Source: an uncultured Phycisphaerales bacterium
Lineage (GTDB): Bacteria; Planctomycetota; Phycisphaerae; SM23-33
NCBI GenBank assembly: GCA_965369385.1
Contig: CBDUQP010000001.1
Location: 4,628 to 68,627, forward strand
Reading direction: 5' to 3'
Length of the DNA: 64,000 bases
Shown here: positions 19,299 to 31,100 of the stretch, in pieces
Position numbering within the stretch: the first letter of the stretch is position 1
Layout of the letters: each line of letters begins with the position of its first letter
Notes under the pieces: model-generated
Database searches by the model: none
Told to the model about the DNA's origin: nothing
The model's input: only the letters and a program-made list of their open reading frames with translations
Program-made: the position numbers and the translations under genes

Positions 19299-21128
19299 TC
19301 AGAATATGTCTCTACGAAATCCCGCGACACCCATCGCCGCCAACACCAGCCCGGCCGCCGAATACACCACTGTGCAAGCGCCGGTCAATGCCATGGTAGC
19401 CGCAAGTGACCAGTCACTGGAAGTATAACCGCACCATGGCCAATGGTATGTCGTGCTGAATGTAACCGATTCTGCCACGAATTCAGCCTCAACTGGGGAT
19501 AGCCACCCCACTCCCTCGACCAGCACCCATGCATGAATCACCGGATTCAGGCCGGCAACGGCTTCCAGGAGATCCGTATCATTACCTATTGCCCCGATGA
19601 GGCCACAAAGCAGTGGAATGCCCGCCCACAACACCAGCACGAACGCGACATTCATAATGACTGCGGCAGTGGTCTTCCTACACATTGAGCTGAACAGAAT
19701 TCCGCTTCCCGTCACGAACAGAGTGGACCATGTAATGAGCATCGCCATGTGAACCAGTACAATCCAATGGAGGTAGCCAGCAAACACGAACACAACCATG
19801 TGGCCAATCAGGAACACCCATACTGGCAGTACACGCTTGAACACGCCAATTGCCTTGCCGAAGACTATCTCCCAGCCGCCAATAGGAGTCGCCATGAGAA
19901 TCGGCCACGATCGCGACTCCTTCTCAGTAGTAATCGTCGTCGCGGCATGCACGGTTGTCAGAAAGATACCTATGAACATCAGGACCACAGCAAACACTCC
20001 GTGCGTTTCTCCATCGTCGAACGCATCATGATCCCCAAGGAAACAGTACATCCATACAAGCAGCCCCACAGTGACAATCGCCGCAATCACGTTCGACACT
20101 TTCCACTTCACGAGCGGCCGTCGGAGTTCTTTCCAAACCATAACCGGGCCGGTTACCCGACGAATTCTGTCGACGACCTCTGTGACAGTGCCACCCTCGC
20201 GCGCTTTCTTTTCATTTCGTTTCGATCTGACCTGATCGAATACCGTCGGCTGCCCCGTTGCCTGGCGAAGCGCGACCTTGCGAACAGTCAGAGTATTCCA
20301 CGCCAGTATCAACCCGGCCGCCACAAGCATTACCCCGCAATGCAGACCCGGCGAAAACGTCATGCCCATTGGAATGGCCCTGCCAGATAGCATGACCTCC
20401 GAATATATCGCCAAGGCAGCAAACGGGTTGGAATGGACGAACACTTCCAACATGAATGTCTGTATTCTGAGCGTGGAATCATCACAGAACAGAGCAACAC
20501 ACATGGGTACCACGCCATAAAGAAATGCTCCCATGGCCAACGTGTTTGTCACAACCAGATACGAACGCTTGCTGCGAATGGAGAAGAACATGCTGACGGC
20601 GGCTGCGAAGACGACTGCCGACAAAGTCATGCACACGCTGGCAACAACGAACTCCCATGGTACGCCACCAAAGACTCGCAAAACCGCCAATACAGGCAAG
20701 CTGATCAGCAACAGCACAAATAGCTGCCACAGCTTGCTGAGCAACTTGCCCATCACCACCTGCAAGCTGGTTATCGGTGTTGTCATCAACGTGCCGAGCG
20801 TCTTGTGATATACCTCATCACTTATCGAATTGCTCAGCATGACGACCGCCAGAAACTGCATCATGCAGAACTGCGTCCACGTGATGACAAGCACAGCCTC
20901 TCTGCCCATCATCACCATGCGCGATATCTGGTACGCCCCAGAGTAGTGATGCGTCGCAGAGCCGGCCCAGAACATGGAGAAGATGGATGCCAGGATCAGC
21001 AGGTAGCCGACCCTGAGCACGTAGTTGCGCTTTCGACGACTCGACACACGGAGTTCCTTGTCAAGGATCGGACCGGTCAGCCACCACGGATTGGCAAATC
21101 TCAGAACTGCACTGATTGTTTTAGCCAT
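19299..21128 (-). CDS. Fused double ABC-2 family permease
   Basis: Two ABC-2 units, each with the signature (DEVYHKTLGTLMTTPI and TEKESRSWPILMATPI), each followed by about six TMs. Start set at ATG 21128 (MAKTISAVL), which has AGGTGA 7 nt upstream and avoids overlap with the ATPase. Confidence 0.7.
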   Translation of the reverse strand: MAKTISAVLRFANPWWLTGPILDKELRVSSRRKRNYVLRVGYLLILASIFSMFWAGSATHHYSGAYQISRMVMMGREAVLVITWTQFCMMQFLAVVMLSNSISDEVYHKTLGTLMTTPITSLQVVMGKLLSKLWQLFVLLLISLPVLAVLRVFGGVPWEFVVASVCMTLSAVVFAAAVSMFFSIRSKRSYLVVTNTLAMGAFLYGVVPMCVALFCDDSTLRIQTFMLEVFVHSNPFAALAIYSEVMLSGRAIPMGMTFSPGLHCGVMLVAAGLILAWNTLTVRKVALRQATGQPTVFDQVRSKRNEKKAREGGTVTEVVDRIRRVTGPVMVWKELRRPLVKWKVSNVIAAIVTVGLLVWMYCFLGDHDAFDDGETHGVFAVVLMFIGIFLTTVHAATTITTEKESRSWPILMATPIGGWEIVFGKAIGVFKRVLPVWVFLIGHMVVFVFAGYLHWIVLVHMAMLITWSTLFVTGSGILFSSMCRKTTAAVIMNVAFVLVLWAGIPLLCGLIGAIGNDTDLLEAVAGLNPVIHAWVLVEGVGWLSPVEAEFVAESVTFSTTYHWPWCGYTSSDWSLAATMALTGACTVVYSAAGLVLAAMGVAGFRRDIF

Positions 21129-21153
21129 TGTATTCACCTGGTCCACCGATGCC

Positions 21154-22086
21154 TTAGTGGACAAGACCTTCGGTCAGCATGAGGAACGCGTCGTCGAGCT
21201 TAACCTTCTCAGGCATAATCGAAATTACATCCACGCCGCCCTGCACCAACAAACGTGCCACCAGGCCATCGTTCGTCTCGCCATCATCAAGCGACACCAC
21301 CAGATCGGCGCTTCCTTCCGGCTGGGTGACGCCGAGAACGACTGGATGGGCAGACAATTGTGCGATTGCCTTATCCGGATCGCCTGCCACCCGCACCCGA
21401 ACATTGTTGTGCACGCCGAGACGTTTCTGTATCTCGTCCTGCGTGCCGCTGAAAACCATCTTTCCCTGCTCGATAATGCCCACGTGATCGCAAATCTCTT
21501 CCAGCTCGCTCAGAATGTGGCTGGAGATCATAATGGTTTTGCCCATCCTCTTGAGCTCCAGCAGCAATTCACGAATCTCGATGCGAGCTCGCGGGTCCAG
21601 TCCGCTGGCGGGCTCGTCCAGTATCAGCACCTTTGGATCGTGAATAAGCACCCGAGCCAACCCAAGACGCTGCTGCATTCCACGAGACAGGCTATCCACG
21701 TGGGTGGCCTTCTTGACCTGGAGATCCGTGAGTTCCAACACCTGCTCCACAACCGCCTTTCGCTGCTTACGGGGCACACGAAACGCAGCCGCGAAGAATT
21801 CCAGATACTCGAACACCTTCAGATCGTCGTAAACGCCCATGAAATCCGGCATGTATCCCACTATCTTCCGCACGTTCATCCCGTTTCGCCGCACATCCAT
21901 CCCGTCGATCTTCGCCACGCCGGAAGTCTGCTCCAGCAGCGTTGCCAGAACTCGCATCGTGGTGGTCTTGCCTGCACCGTTCGGGCCGACAAAACCAAAA
22001 ATATCGCCCTCCTTGATGAACAGATCCAGTTCGCTCACTGCCGCCAAACTGCCGAAATACTTACTCAGACCCTTAGTTTCTATCAT
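21154..22086 (-). CDS. ABC transporter ATP-binding protein with C-terminal accessory domain
   Basis: Walker A GPNGAGKTT, signature LSRGMQQRLGLARVL, Walker B VLILDEPASGLD, H-loop SSHI. About 80 aa of C-terminal extension. Confidence 0.9.
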   Translation of the reverse strand: MIETKGLSKYFGSLAAVSELDLFIKEGDIFGFVGPNGAGKTTTMRVLATLLEQTSGVAKIDGMDVRRNGMNVRKIVGYMPDFMGVYDDLKVFEYLEFFAAAFRVPRKQRKAVVEQVLELTDLQVKKATHVDSLSRGMQQRLGLARVLIHDPKVLILDEPASGLDPRARIEIRELLLELKRMGKTIMISSHILSELEEICDHVGIIEQGKMVFSGTQDEIQKRLGVHNNVRVRVAGDPDKAIAQLSAHPVVLGVTQPEGSADLVVSLDDGETNDGLVARLLVQGGVDVISIMPEKVKLDDAFLMLTEGLVH

Positions 22087-22090
22087 CGCC

Positions 22091-24166
22091 TTATCCCTTC
22101 TCCGGAAACACTATCAACCGCACCAGCTTGATATGTGAAGTCTCATGATCATAGCCCGCCACCGACAGCGGAGTCGGGGCGTTTTCGTATCGCACTATTA
22201 CCTCGGCTGCGCCCATCCGGCGATACTCGTCAATCGCCCGGGTTCTGGCGTCACAGCCAATCGCTTTGGTCGGATTGGCTTCGGTTGAGCCGCCGTAGCT
22301 GGGCTCCGATCCGCCACGACGAGGCAACGCCAACCATCCCGACTTTTCCTTGTTGGTGAACCCATGGGTTCCACTGGCCTCAACCGACTTCCCAGGGGCA
22401 ATGCTGCCGACTGAAATGAGTTCGCCAGTAGCCAGTATCACACATGCCATGGATATCTCGCTGTCGGCGTTATTGGTGATTATCACGCGCACAGACGATG
22501 GATCCCGGCCGATGATCTTCGCAGAAATCGGCATCTTCTCGCCATGCGTTTCGCTGGTCATGCACTGCATAGACCAGATACCTATCGGGATCGGAAGAGG
22601 AATACTGGCACCATCGTGCTGACGATACAACACATCTTGCGAGACAACCGAACCAAAGGACTGCCACCCCGCAGACGGGGCAATCGCGGCCCACCACTGT
22701 TTCGCATCTGTGCCCTGCAGTTCGTAGTTGTCATTGTGGGGAGCGAATATTCCCGCGTAAGTCGTAGTGCAGGTCTCGCCGGTGGCCGCGACCCCGTCAA
22801 GCATCGTGACAATCCGCAACTGCGAATCGCCCGCTCGCAACCATTCCACACCATAGTACGCCACTGCCGTAAACAGCAGAACACACAGCGTTGAAGTGAT
22901 CCATGTGAGAGGCTGACGATCCAGGCGCTTCAGAACAAGATAGTCCACCGGGCCAAGCAGCACCGCCAGCACCACCAGAATCAGCACTATCCAGCCCATG
23001 CTGATCGGCTCCATGGCCTCAATATCCATCAGGTAGCCACATATGTTGCTGCTCTCTGCCTCTCGTGGGCTCGTTTGACCATAGTAGCGTCCGCCCCTAA
23101 AACCACCCCCGTAGTTGTTACTCGTGTCTTTTTCGTCCTTCACCTTCATCTTGCTTGGAGCCTGCGGACCCAGAACCGATTCAATGCGTTTGATCCAGAA
23201 CCCCGCCGCCACATCAGCTTTGACCCTCACCCCGCTGTATCCCTTCAATGTTGAAGGATCGAAACCGAGAACACCCACGCGACCAAAACCAGCCAACCCC
23301 ACCACGAACAGGAGATCGCCTCTGTCGGTGATCTTGTCGGTGATGATCGCGCCTTCTTTCGGTGTGAGGTTGCAATATGCGATTTTGTTTCTGTTGCGTA
23401 TCCCCTTTCCAAAAGACTTGCGGATAGTCCGCTCCTTGAGCATACCAACATCAACTGGCAAGAGTTTTCGCAACACATGATCCGCAGCCATGGGCCTTGC
23501 ACCAAGAACCATCAGCAGCTTGCCGCCCCTGCGGACCCATTGCTCGATGGCCTTGCACTGGTGACTTGTCAGGCTGTCCCAGTCCACATCATAGAGGACC
23601 AGCACGTCAAGAGTGTCATACCCGGTCCAATCATATGGCAGCAGCCTCGCCAGCCTCGACAACACATGCACCATGTCGCCTTGATTATCACTCGAACAAA
23701 ACTGCGCCAACCTGCCCAAGTGAAAAGATGACCTTCCAACCTGCCCAATCAGGATGCGATCCTCGGTGACTGCTTCCACAAAGTTCCTGCCGGAGAGTGC
23801 GAAGTCGACATCGCCACTCCAGCGGCGACGCCCTTGTGAATCGTAAATTTTCAAGCTGACTTCACCCGCGTGAGAAGCAATCTTGGCAGACAGTATCATC
23901 CTTGCTGGAACGTCTGGCGTCAGCACGAACTGCCGTGAAACCGTCATCCGGTTTATGTCATCCTGGTCTGCGCTCAGCATAACCGTCCCGCCGAACGCTT
24001 CTGTCAGCTTGTCCGCCGCGATACTTATCTGAACGGGTGTCCACCGAGTCGGCCTATACACACCGCCCCATCCTACGCTGCAATCCACGTTGAACTCTGA
24101 CTCTGCCGCAGAGCACGTACAGGCCGCCAGCAATAAGACGAGCAGAACACTCTTCAAACGCCCCAT
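22091..24166 (-). CDS. Lipoprotein/membrane protein with GATase1-like (ThuA/DUF4159-like) domain, MoxR-VWA operon member
   Basis: Lipoprotein signal MGRLKSVLLVLLLAACTCS. GATase1-like core LDVLVLYDVDWDSLTSHQCKAIEQWVRRGGKLLMVLG. Two central TM helices (WIVLILVVLAVLLGPV; TLCVLLFTAVAYYGV). Confidence 0.5.
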   Translation of the reverse strand: MGRLKSVLLVLLLAACTCSAAESEFNVDCSVGWGGVYRPTRWTPVQISIAADKLTEAFGGTVMLSADQDDINRMTVSRQFVLTPDVPARMILSAKIASHAGEVSLKIYDSQGRRRWSGDVDFALSGRNFVEAVTEDRILIGQVGRSSFHLGRLAQFCSSDNQGDMVHVLSRLARLLPYDWTGYDTLDVLVLYDVDWDSLTSHQCKAIEQWVRRGGKLLMVLGARPMAADHVLRKLLPVDVGMLKERTIRKSFGKGIRNRNKIAYCNLTPKEGAIITDKITDRGDLLFVVGLAGFGRVGVLGFDPSTLKGYSGVRVKADVAAGFWIKRIESVLGPQAPSKMKVKDEKDTSNNYGGGFRGGRYYGQTSPREAESSNICGYLMDIEAMEPISMGWIVLILVVLAVLLGPVDYLVLKRLDRQPLTWITSTLCVLLFTAVAYYGVEWLRAGDSQLRIVTMLDGVAATGETCTTTYAGIFAPHNDNYELQGTDAKQWWAAIAPSAGWQSFGSVVSQDVLYRQHDGASIPLPIPIGIWSMQCMTSETHGEKMPISAKIIGRDPSSVRVIITNNADSEISMACVILATGELISVGSIAPGKSVEASGTHGFTNKEKSGWLALPRRGGSEPSYGGSTEANPTKAIGCDARTRAIDEYRRMGAAEVIVRYENAPTPLSVAGYDHETSHIKLVRLIVFPEKG

Positions 24167-24191
24167 AATTAACCCTCTGTAGAAACTGGAC

Positions 24192-26162
24192 CTATATCCG
24201 AATCTTCGCATTATACACCAACCATTCCACACACACCACCGCCAGCACCACCATCACGAACCATGGCCAGAGCTCAACATTGCTGGCGACGACCGGGCTT
24301 TCCTGCAAAGTCACTTCCCTGCCGGAAAGCAGCATTTTGTCGGCCGGCGATATGTCACTCTCGTCCCTGTCAAGCAAGTTCACCGCAAAAGCTTCTTCGG
24401 GCCGATCATCAATGCCGGCACGATAAATTCCCACTCGAGACGTGTTGGCATACCGCACCGCTCCGCCATCACTGCGTATCTCATCGAACGCCCCGTCAGG
24501 CCGGCTGATCTTCACCTTGCTTCCGTCAGGCAGACCCTCGATGGAAAATGCCTGCAACACTTCCAGGTTCACTCGATCTCCCGCACCGGAATCCTGCAAC
24601 AGGTAACTCAGCGAGTTGTAGCAGAACATCACGAAACCGGGCTCGAACGGCCAGTTGGTATCCATGGGATTAAACGATGCGATAACAAACACACTGCCCG
24701 ACCTTCGCACCACGGCCATTGCGGGCGTATCGTTGAACTCCGCAAGTATCTCCGCATCGCGAGGCAAATCCATCTTCCGGCATTTTGCGGCAAACACGTT
24801 TGCCATGCCCACCGCCTGCAACACGGGATGGCGGTTTCGCCAATCGACGATCGCCTGGCTCTTGAGCTCGTCACCCATCGTCACGCCTATGCCCGGTGGT
24901 GCAGCGCCGAAAACGATATACTTGCAACGCGGCAATGACGCCGGAACGTAGCCGTCAATAACCACCACATCGTATGACGTCTCCACCTGTCCGCTGTCAC
25001 CGCTCATGGCGTCGAACTCAGCCGGTGTCTTAACGTCGAGCAGTTTCACAGGGCATGCCTTCAACGCCAACTCCAGTGCTATATTGCCCGTGGTCACCAG
25101 CAGCACTCGCATCTTCTTGGCCGGCTGCAATACCGCCCAGGCCGCGTTGTCTGCCTTCAGGGCGTCGTCGCAGACCGCCCTCACCTCAATAATGCCCTGG
25201 CCCTCGTGGGAGAGCGTGAAAGTTACCGACATGCTGCCGGCCTGGCTGTTCTTCCCTCGCTTGCCAGTCCGTGGTTTCAGCGTCAATTGCCTCACTGCCT
25301 TGGCCTTGCCATCGACGCTGAGCTGCACGTCGCAAGTTACCGACTTGTCGCCATAATTCGCAAGCTCCGCGAAAACGGACACTTCAGACGCCTTCTCGTA
25401 AGAACGCCGCGCCTGCATGGAGACCACCGCAACGTTATCGTTGCGATTGCCGATTCGATGGAAGATAAGCTCCCCCTCAGCAAGTGCTATCTCGTCAAGA
25501 TCACTTATGCGACCATCGCTGAACAGCTCCAGCTTCGCCGGCGGGCGGCCTGTCTGGGCGGCAGTCGTGTTCGATGTAGCTCCCGAAAACGCGGTGGCTA
25601 CGACTATCGCTTCAGAAAGTGCACTCTTGCCGTCAGATTGCTCTATGGAGTCTATCGCCGCCAGGAGCCTGGCCTTGTCGGAAGTAAAATTGCATAAAAC
25701 CTTCGCGCCATTATCAAAGGCAACGATCATCGCTTCATCACTATAATCACGAAGCCATTGTGTCTGGCTTCGTAGCGATTCAACCAGCACCCGGGACTGT
25801 AGCTTGGCGATGTCAAGACGAGTTTCGCCGTCTTCCATCGTGCTCATGCTGCACGAACGATCTATCAAAATCACGTATCGCTTGGCCTGGCCGGCGTTCA
25901 TACTAAGCACCGGCCGACCAAGGGCGACCAGTATCGCCGCCAATGCCAGCAACTGAAGTAGCAGCAGTATGCTCTTGCGGATTCGCTGCAACGGCGCGTT
26001 GACCCGCAAATCCTGCACCGCCCGCTTCCACAGGAACGTGCTGGATACCTCCATTTCCTTACGCTTGAGCTTGAGGAAATACAGCAGCACCAGCAGAGGC
26101 ACTGCCACCCCGGCTGCTATCAACGCTGTTCTTGCTGCCATCCATCCCATATCAAACTCCAA
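24192..26162 (-). CDS. BatA-like VWA-domain protein (N-terminal double-TM 'aerotolerance' domain, VWA, C-terminal TM)
   Basis: N-terminus ALIAAGVAVPLLVLLYFLKLKRK then a second TM (BatA_N pattern). VWA MIDAS DRSCSMS. C-terminal TM WPWFVMVVLAVVCVEWLVY. Confidence 0.75.
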   Translation of the reverse strand: MEFDMGWMAARTALIAAGVAVPLLVLLYFLKLKRKEMEVSSTFLWKRAVQDLRVNAPLQRIRKSILLLLQLLALAAILVALGRPVLSMNAGQAKRYVILIDRSCSMSTMEDGETRLDIAKLQSRVLVESLRSQTQWLRDYSDEAMIVAFDNGAKVLCNFTSDKARLLAAIDSIEQSDGKSALSEAIVVATAFSGATSNTTAAQTGRPPAKLELFSDGRISDLDEIALAEGELIFHRIGNRNDNVAVVSMQARRSYEKASEVSVFAELANYGDKSVTCDVQLSVDGKAKAVRQLTLKPRTGKRGKNSQAGSMSVTFTLSHEGQGIIEVRAVCDDALKADNAAWAVLQPAKKMRVLLVTTGNIALELALKACPVKLLDVKTPAEFDAMSGDSGQVETSYDVVVIDGYVPASLPRCKYIVFGAAPPGIGVTMGDELKSQAIVDWRNRHPVLQAVGMANVFAAKCRKMDLPRDAEILAEFNDTPAMAVVRRSGSVFVIASFNPMDTNWPFEPGFVMFCYNSLSYLLQDSGAGDRVNLEVLQAFSIEGLPDGSKVKISRPDGAFDEIRSDGGAVRYANTSRVGIYRAGIDDRPEEAFAVNLLDRDESDISPADKMLLSGREVTLQESPVVASNVELWPWFVMVVLAVVCVEWLVYNAKIRI

Positions 26163-26199
26163 ATCCGCTTAATGCTCTCATCGCAAGTCGCAATAAATG

Positions 26200-27111
26200 C
26201 TACTTGAGCAATCCCGTTCTTCGCAGGTAGGTGAGCACGAGCTTTTCCACTGAATCGCCCGAGTTAATCAATCCGTAAATCGCACCGCGCTTCTTGCAGA
26301 ACTCCTTAATCTCATTGCAGTACGCGGTGAGCGCCTTGTTGTAGTAGTTCAACAACGCCCGACTCATTGTCACTTCCGAAACATCCACGTCCTCAACGTC
26401 AACGAGCTTCACATCTCCGGTGAGCTCCGGCGATAGTTCCTGCGGGCTCAACAACTGAAACGCATACAAGTCGGAATTGCACCCGATAAGACGCCTCAAT
26501 CCATCGTCAAAACCTTCCTTCAGCAGAAAGTCCGATATCACCACCACCACGCCGCGAGAATCATTGCCGCCCGCCAGTTCCCTGCAACTCCTGCTGAAAT
26601 TCGATACGCCTTCGGCGCGAGTGCTTATCAACATTTCCGCCATCTGAGGCAGGTAGCGGCGGCCTCGCATGTTCGCAACGCGTCCGACAATACCGTCGGC
26701 GAACGCACTAATACTCACACGATTATTGTTCGCAAGCGAAACATACGCCAAAGCCGCCGCCATTTGCTTGGCGAATATCTCCTTCGACGGCTCGCCCAGA
26801 GACATCGACCCGCTAACGTCTATCGCTATGTGAACCGTCAAGTCCTGCTCTTCGAGGAACAGCTTCAGGAAGAACTGCTCAAGGCGGCCGTAGATATTCC
26901 AATCCACCAGACGAAGATCGTCGCCGACCACATACGGGCGATGATCGGCAAACTCCACGCTCTGCCCGCGACGCTTGCTGCGGCGCTCGCCCTGCAACTT
27001 GCCCTGGAGAATCTTGCGGCTCATGACGTCCAGCGCATCCAAGCGTGTCATGAAGTCCGGACTAAGAAACTCCTTCAGCTTGCCGGCAGATGTTCTCGCG
27101 AGTGTGGTCAT
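26200..27111 (-). CDS. DUF58 domain protein (VWA-like, MoxR partner)
   Basis: Conserved DUF58 segment EFADHRPYVVGDDLRLVDWNIYGRLEQFFLKLFLEE, then a VWA-like DVSGSM. Overlaps the MoxR gene by 4 nt. Confidence 0.85.
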   Translation of the reverse strand: MTTLARTSAGKLKEFLSPDFMTRLDALDVMSRKILQGKLQGERRSKRRGQSVEFADHRPYVVGDDLRLVDWNIYGRLEQFFLKLFLEEQDLTVHIAIDVSGSMSLGEPSKEIFAKQMAAALAYVSLANNNRVSISAFADGIVGRVANMRGRRYLPQMAEMLISTRAEGVSNFSRSCRELAGGNDSRGVVVVISDFLLKEGFDDGLRRLIGCNSDLYAFQLLSPQELSPELTGDVKLVDVEDVDVSEVTMSRALLNYYNKALTAYCNEIKEFCKKRGAIYGLINSGDSVEKLVLTYLRRTGLLK

Positions 27112-28133
27112 GATGCCTCAACGGTTCTGTCGGTAATCTGCGAGGTCTTCTCGAGTATGTCACTCAGCACTTCATCGTTCGATATGCCCTCGGCCTGCCC
27201 TTCGAAGTTCAGTATCACTCTGTGCCGCATAGCCGGCAGGTATGCCTTGGCGATGTCGTCATAGCTCACGTGATACCGCTCATCCAGCATCGCCAGCACC
27301 TTCGCCGCCAGCACAATAGACTGCACCCCGCGAGGCGAGCCCCCGAACCGCAGATATCTGTTAGTGATATCCTGCGCAAATTCGCCGCCGGGATGTGTCG
27401 CCAGCACCAGGCGGATCGCGTAGTCCTGCACATGCGATGCAATTGCCACCTGCTGCACGAGCTGCTGAGCAGCGATAATCTGCTCGCCCGCGACAACTGC
27501 TTCGGCGGTCGGATTGTGCCCAGCCGTCGTGCGGTCCAGAATCTCCCGCAACTCGTCACGCCCGCTGTAGGGGATAATCAACTTGAAGAAGAATCTGTCG
27601 AGCTGGGCTTCCGGCAGCGGGTACGTGCCTTCCTGTTCAATGGGGTTCTGCGTAGCCAGCACACAGAAAGGCTCGGACAACTTGTAAACCACGCCACCAC
27701 TGGTCACCGAGTGTTCCTGCATCGCCTCAAGCATCGCCGATTGCGTCTTCGGCGTGGCACGGTTAATCTCGTCGGCAAGTATGATCTGACCGAATATGGG
27801 ACCATGCTGAAACTCGAACTCGCGACGGCCGGTTTGCCGGTCTTCCATGACCACGTTGGTACCTATGATATCCGCAGGCATGAGGTCAGGCGTGAACTGT
27901 ATGCGGCGAAACTTCAGCGACAGCGCCGAGCTGAGCGTGCGAACGAGAAGTGTCTTGCCCAAACCGGGCACCCCCTCCAGCAGCACGTTTCCACCGCAGA
28001 ACAGGCAGACCAGTACATCCCTGACAATGTCATCGTGCCCAACTATCACCTTGCCGATCTCGGCGCGGAGCGAATCAAACATCTGCCGGAACTCGCGGCA
28101 TTGAGATTCCACGTTATGTGTTTCTTGTGACAT
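27108..28133 (-). CDS. MoxR-family AAA+ ATPase
   Basis: Walker A GVPGLGKT, Walker B ILADEINRATPKTQSAMLEAMQE, and the typical MoxR C-terminal lid. Confidence 0.9.
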   Translation of the reverse strand: MSQETHNVESQCREFRQMFDSLRAEIGKVIVGHDDIVRDVLVCLFCGGNVLLEGVPGLGKTLLVRTLSSALSLKFRRIQFTPDLMPADIIGTNVVMEDRQTGRREFEFQHGPIFGQIILADEINRATPKTQSAMLEAMQEHSVTSGGVVYKLSEPFCVLATQNPIEQEGTYPLPEAQLDRFFFKLIIPYSGRDELREILDRTTAGHNPTAEAVVAGEQIIAAQQLVQQVAIASHVQDYAIRLVLATHPGGEFAQDITNRYLRFGGSPRGVQSIVLAAKVLAMLDERYHVSYDDIAKAYLPAMRHRVILNFEGQAEGISNDEVLSDILEKTSQITDRTVEAS

Positions 28134-28134
28134 G

Positions 28135-31100
28135 CTATTTATCTCCTGTATTGCCCTTGGGGCCCTTCAGCCGCCCTGCCGACTTGCGCTTTGTCCGCAG
28201 GAGTTGCTGCAAATAAGGGGCTTCGTTCTGGCTGTTCTTGTCTTCTTTTTCTTTTTGCGGCGATGTTTTCGGTGGGGTCTGTTTGGCAGTTCGCGTCACG
28301 TCGACAGTCTCAAGCTCATCCTGCTCGGTGCCGTCGGGCGTTTCAAAACGCGCTGCCCCTTGGGCGTCCATGGTATCTCTGACCGCACTTCGGCGCCTCT
28401 GCAATGCACTGAGTGTGCTGTCGGCCTGAACTGCTCGGCGGCGGAAACTGAGCAAGCCCGCGACGCCCCGGTACATGGCGCGAATATCTATTGAAACCCG
28501 TCTGATGGCTACGTCCAGCAGGAACAGGACTATCCACACGATAATCAGCGGCATGGTGATTTCGCGAGAATCCTCAAACACGCCAAGTTTCTCGCGCGAG
28601 AACAAGTCCGCCTGCTCCGGATCGCCGGTCAATACACGTCCGCCGGTCATTCTCGCTACCTGCGAAAGCAATGCGGCGTTGTCTGTCAGATCGCGAAACT
28701 CGGCTGCGTATGGAATGGTTACCGCGCACAGGGCCGACTTTGTCTTGCTGCCCGCCCCGAGCTTTCTGTACTTGACGTTCAGCAAATAGCTGCCCGGTGC
28801 CCGGGTTCTGAAGGCTGCACGATACGCGCCTGGTCCCACCTGCGAGATGCCCAGCTTCCGCGTTGCCATATTCGGGCCCGTGACCTCGGCTGAGATGGCT
28901 GCGAACTGGACGAACTTCCCTTCTGCATCAACGGCTTCGACACCGACATCAACACTTCCGCCGTGGATATCGGTGAATATCTCGCAATCACGCGAACCGG
29001 TGGACCTGCTAGTCCACTGCACCACCTGCTCCCAGAACCCACTAAAGCCACCCCACCCGACCCATTGCTCGGCCCACCTGCCATCGGCGGTGCTCATAAA
29101 TGCCACGCTGCGTCCCAGACCGGCCTGGCAGGTAGCCATTATCGGATCGTTATCGGGCCCACGTAACACCACGTTTGCGAAACCCCCCTTGTCGCCGGTG
29201 AGCATGTATCCATCGAGTCTCGGAAGGGAAGTTATGCCCTTGATTATTTCACTACCGCCTGAAACGATCGTCGGCGTGAATGTCTTCTCAACTATCAGCG
29301 ACCGCCGCACGACACGCGCTTCTTTCACGAATATCTGCGGAAGGCTGGCCGCATTCTTCACATTGTAGAACCTGCCGCCGGTTGCCCTGGCGATTTTCTT
29401 CAGGCTGAAAACATCATTAGGCGAATGTGGGAACACAGCCACGCCCGTGCAGGTAATGCCCGCCGACTTGAACTTCTTCAGCAACGCAGGGCTCGGCGGG
29501 CTGGGGTCGCCATCGCTTATGATAATCATATGCTTCTGGACCGCGCCGCATGTCTGTAACTTCTTCAGGACTGTCGTCATCGGTGCGGCAAAGTCCGGCA
29601 TGTCGCCCATGTTCATGGTGTTGATGGCATTGTTGACAGCCTTCTTGTCGCCCGCTTCCGAAAGCGGATGCACCCACGTTCCGCCATCCGGACCGCCGTA
29701 AAACGCAGCCACTCCAACCAGATCTTTACGACTCAGTGCATTGACAGCCGCCTTGGCAACCTGCCTGCCCCAATAATTGCCCCGGGGCATCTCGCAAGCG
29801 TGCATCAGCAGCACCAATGCCCCTTTGGGCATCTCCTTCTTGTGAGGAGGATCCATATCAACCGGCAGTATCCGCGCAGTGGGCGAACCAATCCATCCGC
29901 CCGCACCGTAGGAATTCGGGCCACCGATCATCAACAATCCGCCCGCTGTATCCTCCACGTACTTGCACAACAATTCCTGCTGGGCATAAGTGAACGATCC
30001 ACTGTCGGCGTCGATCAACACCACTGCGTCAACACCCATCATGGCAGCGAGATTATCGGGAAACTCGCCATACGTCTTCTGCCTCACCTGCATGCCCGCC
30101 TCGGAAAGAACATGCGTAAATTCTTCCGATGCCTTATTGTCGCCCACTATCAGGACATGCCCCTTTCCCGAAACCATCGTTATGGCTGCGGCCCGGTTGT
30201 TGCGGGATATCCCATCAGCGGCCGAATCGTCACAAATGAAGTGTGCCTCGTACTCGTACACTCCACGCGAACCAGCCGGCAGGACGACAGTCTTCACGTT
30301 AGTGCCCGGCTTGAGCGTTACCTTCATACCAAGGCCGGCTTCATCGTCCGGCGACAGATCAACAGGCCGCCCGTTCAGCATAAGCTGCAACTGCCCTGTC
30401 GCATGTGAGGTGCTGTTCAACACGAAACGAAGCGGGATGCTCTGTCCGTTGAGCGCCTGCGACGGCGCCGCCAGGCGAGTGAAAACCACCTCCCGTTTGT
30501 GATCGTACCGGAGCGGCAGAACATCTATCGGGATTCCATTGGACGCCGCAATACGCGCCACAGCCGTCAGGTCGCCATCGGTCTCGTTACCGTCGCTTAT
30601 CAGCAGCAGGCGGGTGGCAGTGTCCGGAGGCGCTATCGCCATCGCCATCTGCACGCCATCAGCAAGCCGGCTCTGATGCCCCAGAGCGGATATGCTGCGT
30701 CTGCGGAACTCAGGGTTCGGGCTGGGCAGTTTGGATATCTCCACATGCTCGGCTACATCAACAATTGCCAGCCGATCATTCGGGCGTTTGCCCTCAACAG
30801 CCTTCGCAAGGAAATCCACACCATAACTTTCCAACGTTGCAGGCGCACCATTCTTTGTCTTCGCTCCGGTGCCGACTGCAATGCCCGATACCGAAAGGCT
30901 GCGATCTACCACCGCGACAACTGTAACATCCTCACTTCGCTGCCCGATCATTGGCCTGGCAAGCAGAACCGCCAGCAACACTATTACCGCCACGCGCATA
31001 ACTATCGCCATCATCCGACGAACAATGCCGATTCCCTTCTGGCAGCGCAGAGCGATCACAACTGCCGGCACCGACAGTAAGCCCGTCAGCAGCCACCATG